A DNA stretch of 64,000 bases from Octopus vulgaris (lineage: Eukaryota), in NCBI GenBank assembly GCA_951406725.2, contig OX597823.1:59582001-59646000 (forward strand). The letters are read 5' to 3'. The notes below the pieces were generated by a model. It was not told the DNA's origin. It worked only from the letters and a program-made list of their open reading frames with translations, and searched no databases. This document shows positions 38,534 to 50,700 of the stretch, one piece after another (positions within the stretch are counted from its first letter, which is position 1; every line of letters begins with the position of its first letter). The position numbers were made by a program, and so were the translations under genes.

Positions 38534-39904
38534 TATTGTTGCTGTTGTTGTTGAAGAATTAGTTGAGAACTGGCCAAAAGGAATTGCGGTATTCTGAGCT
38601 ATTTAGCTACATCTGAGTTCAAGTTACAGTGGAGTCAACTTTAGTGTTCATTATCGTGGAGTTGATTAAGTAAGCACCAAACAAGGCAAATACCATGTAG
38701 CCAAGTGTTAATATTACATATGCTTTCTCTAACTTTTTTTCCTGCGGTTTTATTCCCATTCACTACCACTTCAAACCCCCATTGCCTTTCAGAAAATACC
38801 CTTAGAGAAAAATGTCTCAGATAAGACTGTCTAACATGATAAACAGATTCACTTTTATGCTCAATAAAGAGCAAAAAAAGAAATTATTCTATATACTTTT
38901 TGCTCTTTATTGAGTTCTCTTTCCAAAGCACCTTAAATTCATTGATATCTTGTAAAATATTGAAAGGATTCTGTTGCTGCAAATCAACACTGATTTCCTC
39001 AATTTCTAACATTCTTCTGTTTAGCTTTGTAATCTAATAATTGGAAGGATAATTCCTATCATTTGATATTCTTCCTCAATTCTTGATTAGTGAGATATAC
39101 CTTGAATACTTGATTACAAGTGTCTTAACATACAACATAGATTCTTTTTAGCCATCACCGGTAGCAGCATGTAGCCCGTTACTCACATTTTGTTTATCTA
39201 CTGCCAATGTTACCTATCATACATACATATATGTGTGTGTGTGTAAGAGTGTGTGTTTGCATATGTATGTGTGTATACCCTCATCATCCTCATGAGCATC
39301 ATTTTAACATCCACTTTTCTATGTTTGCCTGGGTCAGACAGAATTTGTTGAGGCCAATTTTCTATGGCTGGATGACATTCTCATCTCCAAAGTTCACTTG
39401 TTTCCAAGCAGAGCATTATTTCCCTACAGTTGGATATGTTTCCAAAGAGAATAAGAAATGAAGGACATTTCTTCTATGACAGTGACACTAGTTGGTAAAT
39501 ATTATGTGATATTTGGAAGGCAGAAATAAACACATACACATATACATGTGCATGCATATAAACATGCATACTCATGCACACACTCACACGGTCTATGAAG
39601 AAAAGGTATATACAATCAACTAAAAATAAGTAATCAAAATGGATTAATAAAGCAGGTCAGGCAACTAAATAACTTTAAACAAAACTTTAAAAAATATTTA
39701 AGAAATATAAAAAATATATCAATCGACTAAAAAAGTTTTACTCCCCTCAAATAAAAATATGTCAAAACAGTTTGTTTCATAAAAACCATGTTAATATTTA
39801 TATATGATCAAATGTATGGAAGCGTGGTGTTATATAAAGTCGTTGACTCGTATTTGGCGTTTGTCCTCTAATCAATTTTAATACACACACACACACACAC
39901 AGAT

Positions 39905-40073
39905 ATATATTTTTTTTTTTAACGTGTATAAGGAACCTCCTAATTTTGAGAGCTTAAAATTTGGAAAAAAAGGTTTTGTAAGGGATTATAATACTATCCA
40001 TGTATAAGAAACTCCCATATTTTTTAACCTGATTTTTGACAAAAAAAGTTCCTTATACACATTAAAATACGGT
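39905..40073. mobile_element. MITE relic
   Basis: tttaacgtgtataaggaac versus gttccttatacacattaaaatacgg inverted ends. Confidence 0.55.
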
Positions 40074-40629
40074 GTATATATATATATATATATGTATATA
40101 TATGCACGCGTGCGCATGCATACACACATATACATTAAATATAAATATAAATGTTACAAAAACCCACTACAAACCAAGAAACCGAGAACCCCTAACCATA
40201 TCAATCCTACGAGAACTCGAATTTAAATGAAGAGTAACTTAGAAACACAAGATACAAAACCTTCACGTCAGCAAACATCAAATGTATACATTCAACGTCA
40301 GCTGCCTAATGAATAACCTCATGGTTTCGATTCCTGTGCAGAACCATTTAATTCGGCTGTTGTGAACAACCTTTAAGTCATAAACGCTGCCTGGAACTTA
40401 ACAGACAAGAAGCAGGAATACAATTTATCCGTCACATTTGCTTATTGTTACGAAGCAATCATTAAATGTCTCATATTAATCGTTACATATCTATAGTTAA
40501 AAAGCACGCAATTTAAAAACTACATGTAGAAAATAGAGAAATATTCCCATAATGAATATTGCCACCTCAAGAATTATAGAACATAAAAACAGAACATTAA
40601 AACGAACTGGTAAACTAGGATGATAAATA

Positions 40630-40944
40630 TCAGTTAGTAGTCGAGGTACACGACAGTTGAAGTGCTGTAACAAGAAGCTGAGGCTGCAATGCAGAACGCA
40701 TGTCGTGCGTGAAGTTGTGGCTACTATGCTGTTGCCGGGTTTCTTGGTACAAGAGTTCTCGCAGGTTGTATTTACTGTTAACCATGGTGAAGAAATTCAC
40801 AAACAGTGAGGAGTAGAATCTGGGCGAGTGTTGCTGGTTGCTGTGTATGTAGAGAGATGTTATTAACGACGTTAAGAAGATGATGGAAGCGACGAAGAAG
40901 GAGACTGCCGTATGCTGTTGGTCGAGTGTTGATGCGTTCTCCAA
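40630..40944 (-). other. CpG-enriched candidate transcribed region or short ORF with faint H2B-like similarity (possible pseudogene)
   Basis: Lies directly downstream of a TATA box. The first ATG (caccATGG, 40785) opens 51 codons. By-eye similarity only. Confidence 0.3.
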
Positions 40945-41039
40945 GAGGCTGCGTGTTGTGCTGTCGCTGGAACTGGCTGTGTGCTCTGTGGTTAGATATT
41001 AGAAGGTCTGAAACCGAAAGACGAAGGACGGAATTGAAG

Positions 41040-41215
41040 CTAACTTTTTATACTGTACTATTGGCTCACCGGAATGTTTGGAAGAGACTGTCTCACGTTA
41101 CATTATCAGAAGCCTGCGATTGGTTGGGTTGCATATTGGTGTGTAATAGAGCAAGAGACAAATTGCACCAATGCCGACCAATCAGAGTAGTGGATACTAC
41201 AGGGTTCAAAAGAGC
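41040..41215. promoter_or_regulatory. Divergent Pol II promoter: TATA box plus five CCAAT boxes
   Basis: TATAAAA on the minus strand at ~41045-41052. ATTGG at 41060, 41119 and 41135. CCAAT at 41168 and 41178. TATA-like ttcaaaagag at ~41205. Locally CpG rich and repeat free. Confidence 0.7.
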
Positions 41216-42154
41216 GGCCGAAGGCTAGCTGTTATCTACTACGTCCGTATTCATTTATATATAACAGAGAGAGAATTTCCTTTAAGCGTCCGCTACACAT
41301 ACATTGCTAATACGTACAACAGAAAACAATAATAACTTTCAAGAATAGTCAACCTAGAAATGTAAATATACAGAATAATTAATGAACATAAACTAACATT
41401 TCTATCTAAGAATCTATAACATTTCAAAAACCAAAGTATAATTAAAACGCATTAAGCATGAACTAACGGAATAACATGTAATTGTAACTATCGGGCAAAT
41501 AAACCAATGAAGACTAATATCTATTAAACATGAACCTTAATTATATGAGATATATTTAAATGAATATTTTCACCTAAAATAAATCATATAAATAATGTAA
41601 AATTGACAAAAACACCCAAATCATAACGCAAATATCCACTAACGTACTCAAAACATAAAAACATAATTAAAACGAAATGTAAACCAACGGAATAACATAT
41701 CCCTTTAACTATCAGGCATCAATCGCCTATGACATGGAAGTAAATTAATGTAGATCTATATCTATTAAATATAAACTTTAATTATATAAAATATTTTTTA
41801 AATAATATTTCCGCGTAAAAGATATACATAATGTAGAATAGACTAAAACAAACAAATCAAAACGAAACTATTTACTATCTTGTTATGTAGATAGAAAAAC
41901 AACATTGCGACCACCTGCTGTGAAGAAAATAACAAAATTAAAAACAACTTTTCACTTAATCGCTGTCCACAGCCAAAATATTGCTTGTATTCTGAGTGAA
42001 GTATACATACATACATACATAAACAAATAAATAAATACATACATACATACATACATACTCTTTTACTTGTTTCAGTCATTTGACTGTGGCCATGCTGGAG
42101 CACCGCCTTTATACATACATACATACATATATAAATACATAATGCATACATACA

Positions 42155-43125
42155 TAACCCCTCAAGAAGCACTCTCTTCCTGATGATCTCCTATACAGCC
42201 CCAAAACAGCTGAGCCATCTTATCTCAGATAAGACCTGACTGGAAAGCACTCAGTATACGAAATAAAAATTGCCCGGAAGCTTGTAGAAGACAATAGAAT
42301 TGACACAAAGCGTAGCCTCCCTTGGACACAAGACCACTACATCACATCACACTCTGAGAAACAGGAGATTGCTACAAAGTACCTGCGTGAACAAGAGAGA
42401 CAGTGACGCTCTTGTAATCCTAAGGTGCAACCGCATGTGTAGGCTATGTCATGTTTATTTGGAAGACATCGTGCAAGTGATTAGCAGCTGTTCTAAAATG
42501 ACATCACTGTACTACCTTCGTTTGTGGTACGATGTTGTTGCTAAAACAATTTACAATGCCATCCGCAAGAAAGACTGTCCCGAAATAAACTTAGAAAATC
42601 CCTCTATTATAGAAAACATTCACAAACACCAACTCAAGGAATACTGGTGGAATATTCCCATAAAAACTTCTGTCAAGTGTAAACATAACAGGCTGGATGT
42701 TGGTGTTTGGGACAAAGGGGCAAAGGTATGTACCATCATAGGGGTTAGCTGCCCTGCAAATATAAATATCCCTTTGAAAATCAAAGAAAAAGAGGATATC
42801 TATGGACAACTGCTTGGAAACCTCCGGCTTCGATATCCAAACTATGAATTCATATTCATACCAATAATAATTAGAGCACTAGGTTTTGTTAGTAAATGGT
42901 TAAAGGAGGATCTGGATGAACTGGGATTTTCAGAAAGAGAAATCGACCAGCTAATTCATACATGACAAGTGCAATCTGTGAGTAGAACAGTAAAATTATG
43001 CAAGTTCCAAATGTGAATTCGTTTGTGTTAACTACATCCCAAAGACGGAGCCTTGTATCTTTGTTGGAAACTGGCTCCCTCCTCAGTGGAAGATTTACAA
43101 TAATCAAAAAATAGAAGCGCATACA
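42155..43125 (+). mobile_element. Restriction-like-endonuclease non-LTR retrotransposon 3' fragment
   Basis: CRLCHVYLEDIVQVISSC...YWWNIPIKTSVKCKHNRLDVGVWD...VSCPA...KEKEDIY...FIPIIIRALG. Same clade as 33740-34720, with CATA-repeat flanks. Confidence 0.88.
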
Positions 43126-43209
43126 TGCAGTGTTTAGGCTAAATTTGACATTTTACATGAAAAGAAACGAAAACACAATACCCCATCGAAAAATAATTGT
43201 ATTTAAAAA

Positions 43210-43690
43210 TATTTCAAGATGTGTCTGGAACCCCACGCATGTCTTCTTCACTGTTTAAGAAAGTTTTCGAACACCTTCTTGATCTTCACCATCAGTTCTG
43301 CCTTGGTTTTGCAGGAAGAGAGGTTGGTGTCTTTCTAAACTCCTGATTCATAGGGTTATAATCGGAAGAGTTGGGAGGCCAGAAGTTGGGGCTGTTGAAG
43401 TCGAAAATATTTTCAGACAACCACTTCTGATTCTTCCTGGAAGTATGGCAAGGAACCGAATCCTGCTGCAATACCAATGTTCGTCGAGCAGCAACCCTCT
43501 CTCGTCAAGATTTGACCACAACCTCCAGCAGCTTCACATAGCCACCTGAATTGAGCCCGAAGTCTTGTTCAAAGATGTGGGGATGAATCCTGGCGTGCAG
43601 ACGAAGACAGAACGCCGCCTATTGTATCCCTGCCTTCCGGCCACGGTTTCCTTTTTCTCCATTACAGCTGTCCGTGTCAGAGCTTACAGT
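43210..43690 (-). mobile_element. Tc1/mariner-superfamily transposase relic
   Basis: VLQQDSVPCHTSRKNQKWL...FWPPNSSDYNPM, corresponding to the QQDxAPxH and WPPxSPDLNP motifs. Confidence 0.8.
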
Positions 43691-44131
43691 TTCTACAATG
43701 TTTACAAAGCATTGAGCAGCAGTCATAACATCAGTATCTTTATACCCGGCGCTAATCATCATGATACAGCTAACTCTTTTCCAATATTCAGATGGCTTCT
43801 AGTCCTCCACGCCAGCTAACTTTTTCTTAACTACAAACTTTAATCTTTATGCTTTTCAGTGATCTTTGACTTCGTGAATGCGTCAGAATATTCATACATT
43901 TTTTCTACTCTAGGCACAAGGCCTGAAATTTTGGGGGAGAGAGCTAGTCGATTAGATCGACTCCAGTACGCAACTGGTACTTAATTTATCGACCACGAAA
44001 GGATGAAAGGCAAAGTCGACCTCGGCAGAATTTGAACTCAGAAGGTTAAGACAGAAAAAAACATCAAAATATTGCTGAAAAAGGAGACATAAACAAATTG
44101 TCAAATTTAGCCTAGATACCCTGTTCATGCA

Positions 44132-44162
<31 letters not shown>

Positions 44163-45546
44163 GCACGTGCAGACATACCCCACACGTGCGCACACAACAC
44201 ACACACGCACTTATGTATGTGAAGGCACGTGCTTTAGTGGTTAGAGTTTGCACTCAGGCTCACAAGATCCTGATTTTGATTCCCAGATTGGTGGTGGTGG
44301 TGGTGGCGGCGGCGGCGGTGGTAGTGGTGGTGGTGGCGGCGGCGGTGGTAGTGGTGGTGGTGGTGGTGGCGGCGGCGGCGGTGATAGTGGTGGTGGTGGT
44401 GCACCTAAGTTTATATTCTGGGCTTCAGACGAAAAAGGCACTGAACTACAAACAGTGAAACCTGTTGACATTCTCAACCAAAAAGTCATCTGGCTGATGA
44501 GTGGAATATAATATCCCTTGCTTGGAAAATAAGAAAGGTTTAGCAACAGGAAACCACCAATCTGTAAAACAATGCTTTAGCAATATGCATTCGTTTAAAT
44601 CAGTGTTTCTAAACCATTTTGTGCCTATGGACCCCTATGATTCCAATTTTATTCTACTGAACCTCCATAGCGATTCAATGTATATGAAAAAATCCTACTA
44701 GAATGGCTTTGTGCTAAGAAGCTTACATCCCAACTACATGGTTCTGGGTTCAGTTCCACTGCATGGCACCTTGGGTTAGTGTCTTCTACTATAGCCTCAG
44801 GCCGACCAAAGCTTAGTGAGTGGATTTGGTAGACGGAAACTGAAAGAAGCCCATTTTGTGTATATATTTATATATATATATTTTTTGTGTATATATTTAT
44901 ATATATATATATATATATATTTGTGTATATATTTATATATATATATATATTTTTTTTTTTTGTGTATATATTTATATATATATATATATATATTTGTGTA
45001 TTCATTATATATATATATATATATATATATTTTTGTGTATATATTTATATATATATATATATATATATGAGGAAGGAAATGAATTTGTATAATTCTAATC
45101 CAGAAACGCACCCATAATTAATCGAAGACTGTTTGATTTCGTTATTTTTCCTCTTTTTACCTATGTGAGTTACAAATATTGTTATCTGTGGAGTCTTATC
45201 TGTAGTAAAAAGAAATGACCTGTTTTTTGGCTGCTATTTCTAAATATTCGGTATGTGGTGAAGCAACTTGTTGCTTAACCCTTAATTATATTTATATTTC
45301 ATAAGCACCAGTATAGGAACAAGGATCATATAGCCGTAAACTGTGAATTTCTATCTCACTGCAGCAGAAGCACAACCAACAGCAGACCGTATGAGAAGGG
45401 GTAACAACATCAACTGTGATCCTGTAGTGATGGAATCAACTGCGTTTCCCCATTTATTTCAATCGCAATATATATAAGGAAAAATGGACGAGTCCACATA
45501 AAACTCATACATGCCATGTAACTAGCAATTTTTAATTATTTAAGCA

Positions 45547-45619
45547 GCCGGGTTAGCTCAGTCAGTAGAGCATGAGACTCTTAATCTTGGGGTCGTGGGT
45601 TCGAGCCCCACGTTAGGCG
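45547..45619 (+). tRNA. trnK-CTT: tRNA-Lys(CTT), probably a pseudogene
   Basis: GCCGGGTTAGCTCAGTCAGTAGAGCATGAGACTCTTAATCTTGGGGTCGTGGGTTCGAGCCCCACGTTAGGCG, followed by a T5 terminator. Has a G4-A69 mismatch and G18A. Confidence 0.9.
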
Positions 45620-45643
45620 TACGTTTTTATTAAGTTACTTTTT

Positions 45644-46047
45644 AAGGCGGCGAGCTGGCAAAAACGTTAGCACGTCGGGCGAAATGCTTAGCGGTATTTC
45701 GTCTGCCGTTACGTTGCGAGTTCAAATTCCGCCGAGGTCGACTTTACCTTTCATTCTTTCGGGGTCGATAAATTAAATGCCAGTTACGCACTGGGGTCGA
45801 TGTAATCGACTTAACATCTATGTCTGTCCTTGTTTGTCCTCTCTGTGGGTAATAAAAAAATAGGTATTTCGTCTACCGTTACGTTCTGAGTTCAAATTCT
45901 GCCGAAGTCGACTTTGCCTTTCATCCTTTCGGGGTCGATTAAATATATACCAGTTACGCACTGGGGTCGATGCAATCGACTTAATCCCTTTGTCTGTCCT
46001 TGTTTGTTCCCTCTATGCTTAGCCCCTTGTGGGCAATAAAGAAATAA
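45644..46047 (+). mobile_element. Young family A SINE with partial tandem duplication
   Basis: CpG-intact copy. ggtatttcgtct...gtctgtccttgtttgt is repeated from ~45863. Confidence 0.9.
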
Positions 46048-47229
46048 GTTTTTAATTATTTAGGGAAATGTACAGCATTCTAATTTCAATTCCTGCTACA
46101 GATTTCAATGCATTCCTTCCATGCAGGGTCAGTAAAACAAGTAGTAGTTGCCCAATATTGGAATTCAAACTGTCATTTCCACTTTGCAGACTTGTGCCAT
46201 TATAAGAAATCAATATTTAAATTAATCTGTAAGCAAGCATGCTGTCCTAGATTCGTACACTACATCCTTTCTGAATATATTTACAGCATTGAGAAATATG
46301 AAAGACGCTCCATGTGTAAATGGGAAAACAATCTAGAGAACAAAAATATATATCAGATTTATTTATTTGGTTGTCTTATTTACAAAATGTGCCATTTATT
46401 TGAAAAAAGTAAAGATCGTGTAAAATAAAAAAAAAAAGGCATTTATTGGAAAGATTAATATGTAGGAATACAGTTTAGTCTAGAATGAATATCTTTACAA
46501 GGTTTCTTTTCAACTGAACACTCGTTTTAGAAATGATTTGAGCTGTTGAAATAAACAGCTCCAAGGAATTAAAAAGCATGAACTCGAATGTTTACAACTG
46601 GAATGTATGTTTTTTTTCCTATTACCATTTTAAAATGTCAACTGAGATAAATATAATTTTTTTTTGTTTTATAAATGCCTTTATTTTTGTCTTTATGTAT
46701 TCTTTATTTGTTTCTTTTTTTATTAGAATGATTATGTAAATTTTCAATACTGAAGTAAACAGATGCAAAAAAAAAAAAGAAAGTGAAAAAAGAATGAGAA
46801 AAAGAAAACAAAATCTCACTTTCGTGAATTAATACCAGGCCACTCACATTTTCAGCTTGTACACTTCTTTTCTAAAAAAACAAGATGAAATAAAAAAAGA
46901 AATTATTGAAAAAAAAAATTTAATTTATAAGAACTTCTCTGAATAAAGAATGTAGTTGTGATTTAGCTATTATCTATATGTTTTTGAAATGCTTCTGAAT
47001 AAGATTTTTAAAGTTTTCAAAATTTATATGTACTAAAATAGAAAAAAGTAGGAATTGAGTAAACCCTTTGGATAAAAATTTCTATAAATGCTTTAAAATA
47101 CAAATGTAAATAAGTTATTTCTGTCATCTCTACATAGACCTGTAGATGGCCATGCTGATAAGATAACAGGCAAGCTACAAGTGGGTTCGCAGGCAAGCCA
47201 CATGTAGGTTTGCAATCCAATGTTGTAGT

Positions 47230-47522
47230 TGTTTAGCCCCGTGCCTGTTTCAATCCAGGTCAATCTGAGATAGGATGGGAGGAATTTCAATAAATAAATG
47301 CTCATGGGCCCGGTTTCCCGGTCTCTATGGCGTATGTGTTCCCCAGCTGGACAAGACACCAGTTCATCGTAGCATTACTCATTTTTGCCAGCTGAGTGGA
47401 CTGGAGCAACGTGAAATGAAGTGTTTGCTCAAGAACGCAACGTGTCACCTGGTCCAGGAATCAAAACCACAATCTTACGATCATGGTGCTGACACCCTAA
47501 CCATTAAGCCACACACCTCCAC
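47230..47522 (-). mobile_element. tRNA-derived SINE with a family D-like head
   Basis: Reverse complement gives gtggcttaatggttagggtgtcagc...ttcctggacc...ttcttgagcaaacacttcatttcacgttgctccagt. Related copies at ~17330-17520 and ~50810-51010. Confidence 0.75.
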
Positions 47523-48787
47523 TTGGAGGAAGAAAAAATGCACTCAACACCTGAGCTGAAGACATCTCTGAAGAGGGGTCCCTACCACATCGAAAACAAT
47601 CTTACAATCATGGTGCTGACACCCTACCCATTAATCCACGCACCTTCACTTGGAGGAAGGAAAAATACACTCAACACCAGAGCTGAAGACATCTCTGAAG
47701 AGGGGTCCCTGATACATCGAAAACAGTAGAAGAGTAGGGGCCAAAACCAGACGTGGTTCTTCCTGAAGATATCTTTAGCCACTGGATCCTATAAAGGAAG
47801 TGTTGAGATAGTGAACCATAAAACATGGTTGGAATTCCTCCTATATATTTAATATGTATGTGTGAAATTACACTGTATTTCTTTCTCTTTCATGCACTAA
47901 CCTTTTCTTTTTCTTATGTTCTCTTTCCTTTATTCTCCCACAGTTTTTTTCTTTCTTTCCTTTACTGGTTCTTTTCCTTGTCTTTTCTCTCAAAAATGTT
48001 ACAGCATTTCTCTCTCACTTATTCTTCTCTCTTTCTGTTGTTTTATTTTCTTTACTAGATCCTCAAAAATGGACAAATCTCTCTAGGAAAAAAGGAAATT
48101 TTCCTCACCTATTATCGATGTTAATTTGTGAAATTAAATTTTGGGATGATTAATCTGACATTAAAATACAGTAAATGTACATTTTCCAACCAACTGCTAC
48201 TATGAAAAGTGTCTATTCAATATCATCTTCCATCATACATAGAACATTTTATCTGCATAAAAGGAATTCTGGAGAAATTTAATGCATCAATAAAACTAAA
48301 GAAGAGTTAAAAACAGAGGATAGATAAAATAAACATTTTAAATGAAATTATGCTTATTTTTGTCAGATTTTAAAAGAATTACATGTTTCAAAGTGTAATT
48401 ATGGTATGTACAAAGAAAATATGTTCTTTGTATTGTTAAAAACAGCAATGAATAAAATATGCTTTATTTATATATCAGTGGTATAAAATATGCACAAATT
48501 TACATTTATATATATATGAAATTTACTTACTGAAACCAAACATTAGTGTTTATTTTGTATTATATCATTCATACATACACACAAACAGACTGTGAGATGT
48601 TAATATTTCAGAGTAGTTGTATATATTTCTACACACACATACACACCCACACATACATATGTATATATACATGCACACACACACACACACATATATATAT
48701 ACATATATATTCATATATATATATATATATATACGTTTATATATTTGTTGTGCAAGATTTTTTATGTGAAGTCGTGTGTTGAAACAG

Positions 48788-49317
48788 ATATTGTTATATT
48801 TTGGAATGGTCATTTTGCCAGTTTAGCCAATAAAAACACACGCACTATATATTTGGTGTTACTTTGCTTCAGTGTTATTTATTTTTTACATTAATCTTAA
48901 TCTTATTTCAGCCAGAGTTCTTTTGTCACACTCCTGTGACCGCATCAGTGGTCCTTTGTTTTCTTCTTTCTTATTTGTGTCTCTCCTTACTAACCGTCAG
49001 CCATCTTGTATTTCTATTGTATGTCTTCATTTGCGCATGCTTATATCTATATGTGCGTCTATTAGCATGCGCAAATGAAGACATACAATAGAAATACAAA
49101 ATGGCTGACGGTTAGTAAGGAGAGACACAAATAAGAAAGAAGAAAACAAAGGACCACTGATGCGGTCACAGGAGTGTGACGAAAGTATTCTGGCTGAAAT
49201 AAGATTAAGATTAATGTAAAAAATAAATAACACTGAAGCAAAGTAACACCAAATATATAGTGCGTGTCTTTTTATTGGCTAAACTGGCAAGATGACCATT
49301 CCGAAATATAACAATAT
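48788..49317. repeat. Near-perfect palindrome (~254-bp arms, 22-nt loop)
   Basis: 48788-49041 is the reverse complement of 49064-49317 with only a few substitutions. Confidence 0.95.
49154..49193 (+). ncRNA. Minimal hammerhead-like motif (position-9 variant), mirrored at 48912-48951(-)
   Basis: cca-CTGATGC-g-gtcaca ggag tgtgac-GAAA-gtat-TC-tgg. Confidence 0.6.
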
Positions 49318-50349
49318 ATATATATATAGATAGATTGATAGATACATATGTATATATATAGTAATCAAATATAAAATATAAATTACAAAGTGGGACAAGA
49401 ACGCAAAAACACACAAAGAGACGACACAAAAAAACAGATGGGTCACTCGAAGCCTCTAATCTTCAGTCGGAACCGGATCATCTTAGCAATTTCGGCTGTT
49501 TAATCTCGATATCACTCCGAACCGGCCAGCCCCAAGAACTAAGCCACAGGCATTAGATTTCTTAGAAAGAGGACGAATGTATACAAAACAAAGACAGGAT
49601 GCCACACAAATATAAATACAAGAAACAAAAAATAGAAATAAAAAACAAGATATACATATGTATATACATACATATATACATGTATGTATGTATTCTCTTA
49701 TTCTTTTACTTGTTTCAGGCATTTGATTGTGGCCATGCTGGAGAACCACTTTAAAGGGTTTTAGTAGAAGAAATCGTCCTCGGAACATTTTCTTTGTAAG
49801 TCTTCTACTAATTCTATTGGACTTTTTTTTGCCAGACCACTATGTCACAAGGATGTAAACACACTAACATTGGTTGTCAAGCGATGGTTGGGGGCACATC
49901 GTCATCATCATTTAAATAAGGGAGCCTCATCTATCCCTGTGATAGGGTTCTAACAGGTTCTACCATTGCAGGTTAGAATGGATCTGGGAGTAATGATATT
50001 TAAGGGGCAACTCTACACATTACACAATTTACAATCTGGAGCCTCACCATGTGCACATGCACATACACAAAAGGCTTCTTTCAGTTTCCATATACCAAAT
50101 TTAATCACAAAGCTTTGATCAACCTGGAGCTATAGTAGAAGGGACTTGCTGCAAATTATGTTTCCTCAAGAAACTTGATATATCTACATAAATAATATTT
50201 TCAAACATGACTTTCCATAACAAAAGATAGATTTCTGTATAAAATTGCTTTCGGCTCTTAAGAGTAATAGAATTTTGAGTTGTTATGTCTGATTTCTGCA
50301 ACAAAAAATGTTAAAGATTATGATTTAATCACAAATGCATACCACATGT

Positions 50350-50700
50350 GCAAGGCGAGATTAAGACCCATCAAGACCCTAAGCACTTAAAAGATTTAGG
50401 TGCCCCCACAAAAGATTATGTAATTCAAAATATAAACAATAACAAACCATAAAATAATGTTTTATTTTTCAAAACAAAGCAAAACAGTAAGAAGGAAAAT
50501 AATGTTTATTCTTGTATAATTCCACTTTATTTATATTTGAAAGATTCCTCCCACTTTTTGGAATTGCAAGGTCTTTGATCAGATCCTCAAAATTAATCTT
50601 AGGTAACACATCTGTAGCTATACTTAGAGATAAAGGCATTCCAAATATTATTTTAGCAAGTTTAAAGGGATATTTTTGGGGTGCCATCTCCTTCCCTTGA
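50350..50700 (-). mobile_element. Non-autonomous hAT derivative retaining the transposase C-terminus
   Basis: LSLSIATDVLPKINFEDLIKDLAIPKSGR resembles the end of the hAT dimerisation domain (L..LSIE.D....I.F.D.I..FA..K.R). Confidence 0.6.

Noticed and set aside
40630-40785. Antizyme ORF1, eEF2 or cyclophilin start (MVN...)
   Set aside because: No UCC-UGA frameshift site and no downstream similarity to these proteins.
42180-42215. CTGATGA...aaaa-cagctg as a hammerhead
   Set aside because: No stem II, and it lies within LINE coding remnant.
44241-44546. Poly-Gly / poly-Pro ORFs
   Set aside because: (GGT/GGC)n expansion following a SINE head.
49440-49545. Minus-strand GAAA...CTGAAGA as a type II hammerhead
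   Set aside because: The required stems do not pair, leaving only a simple hairpin.
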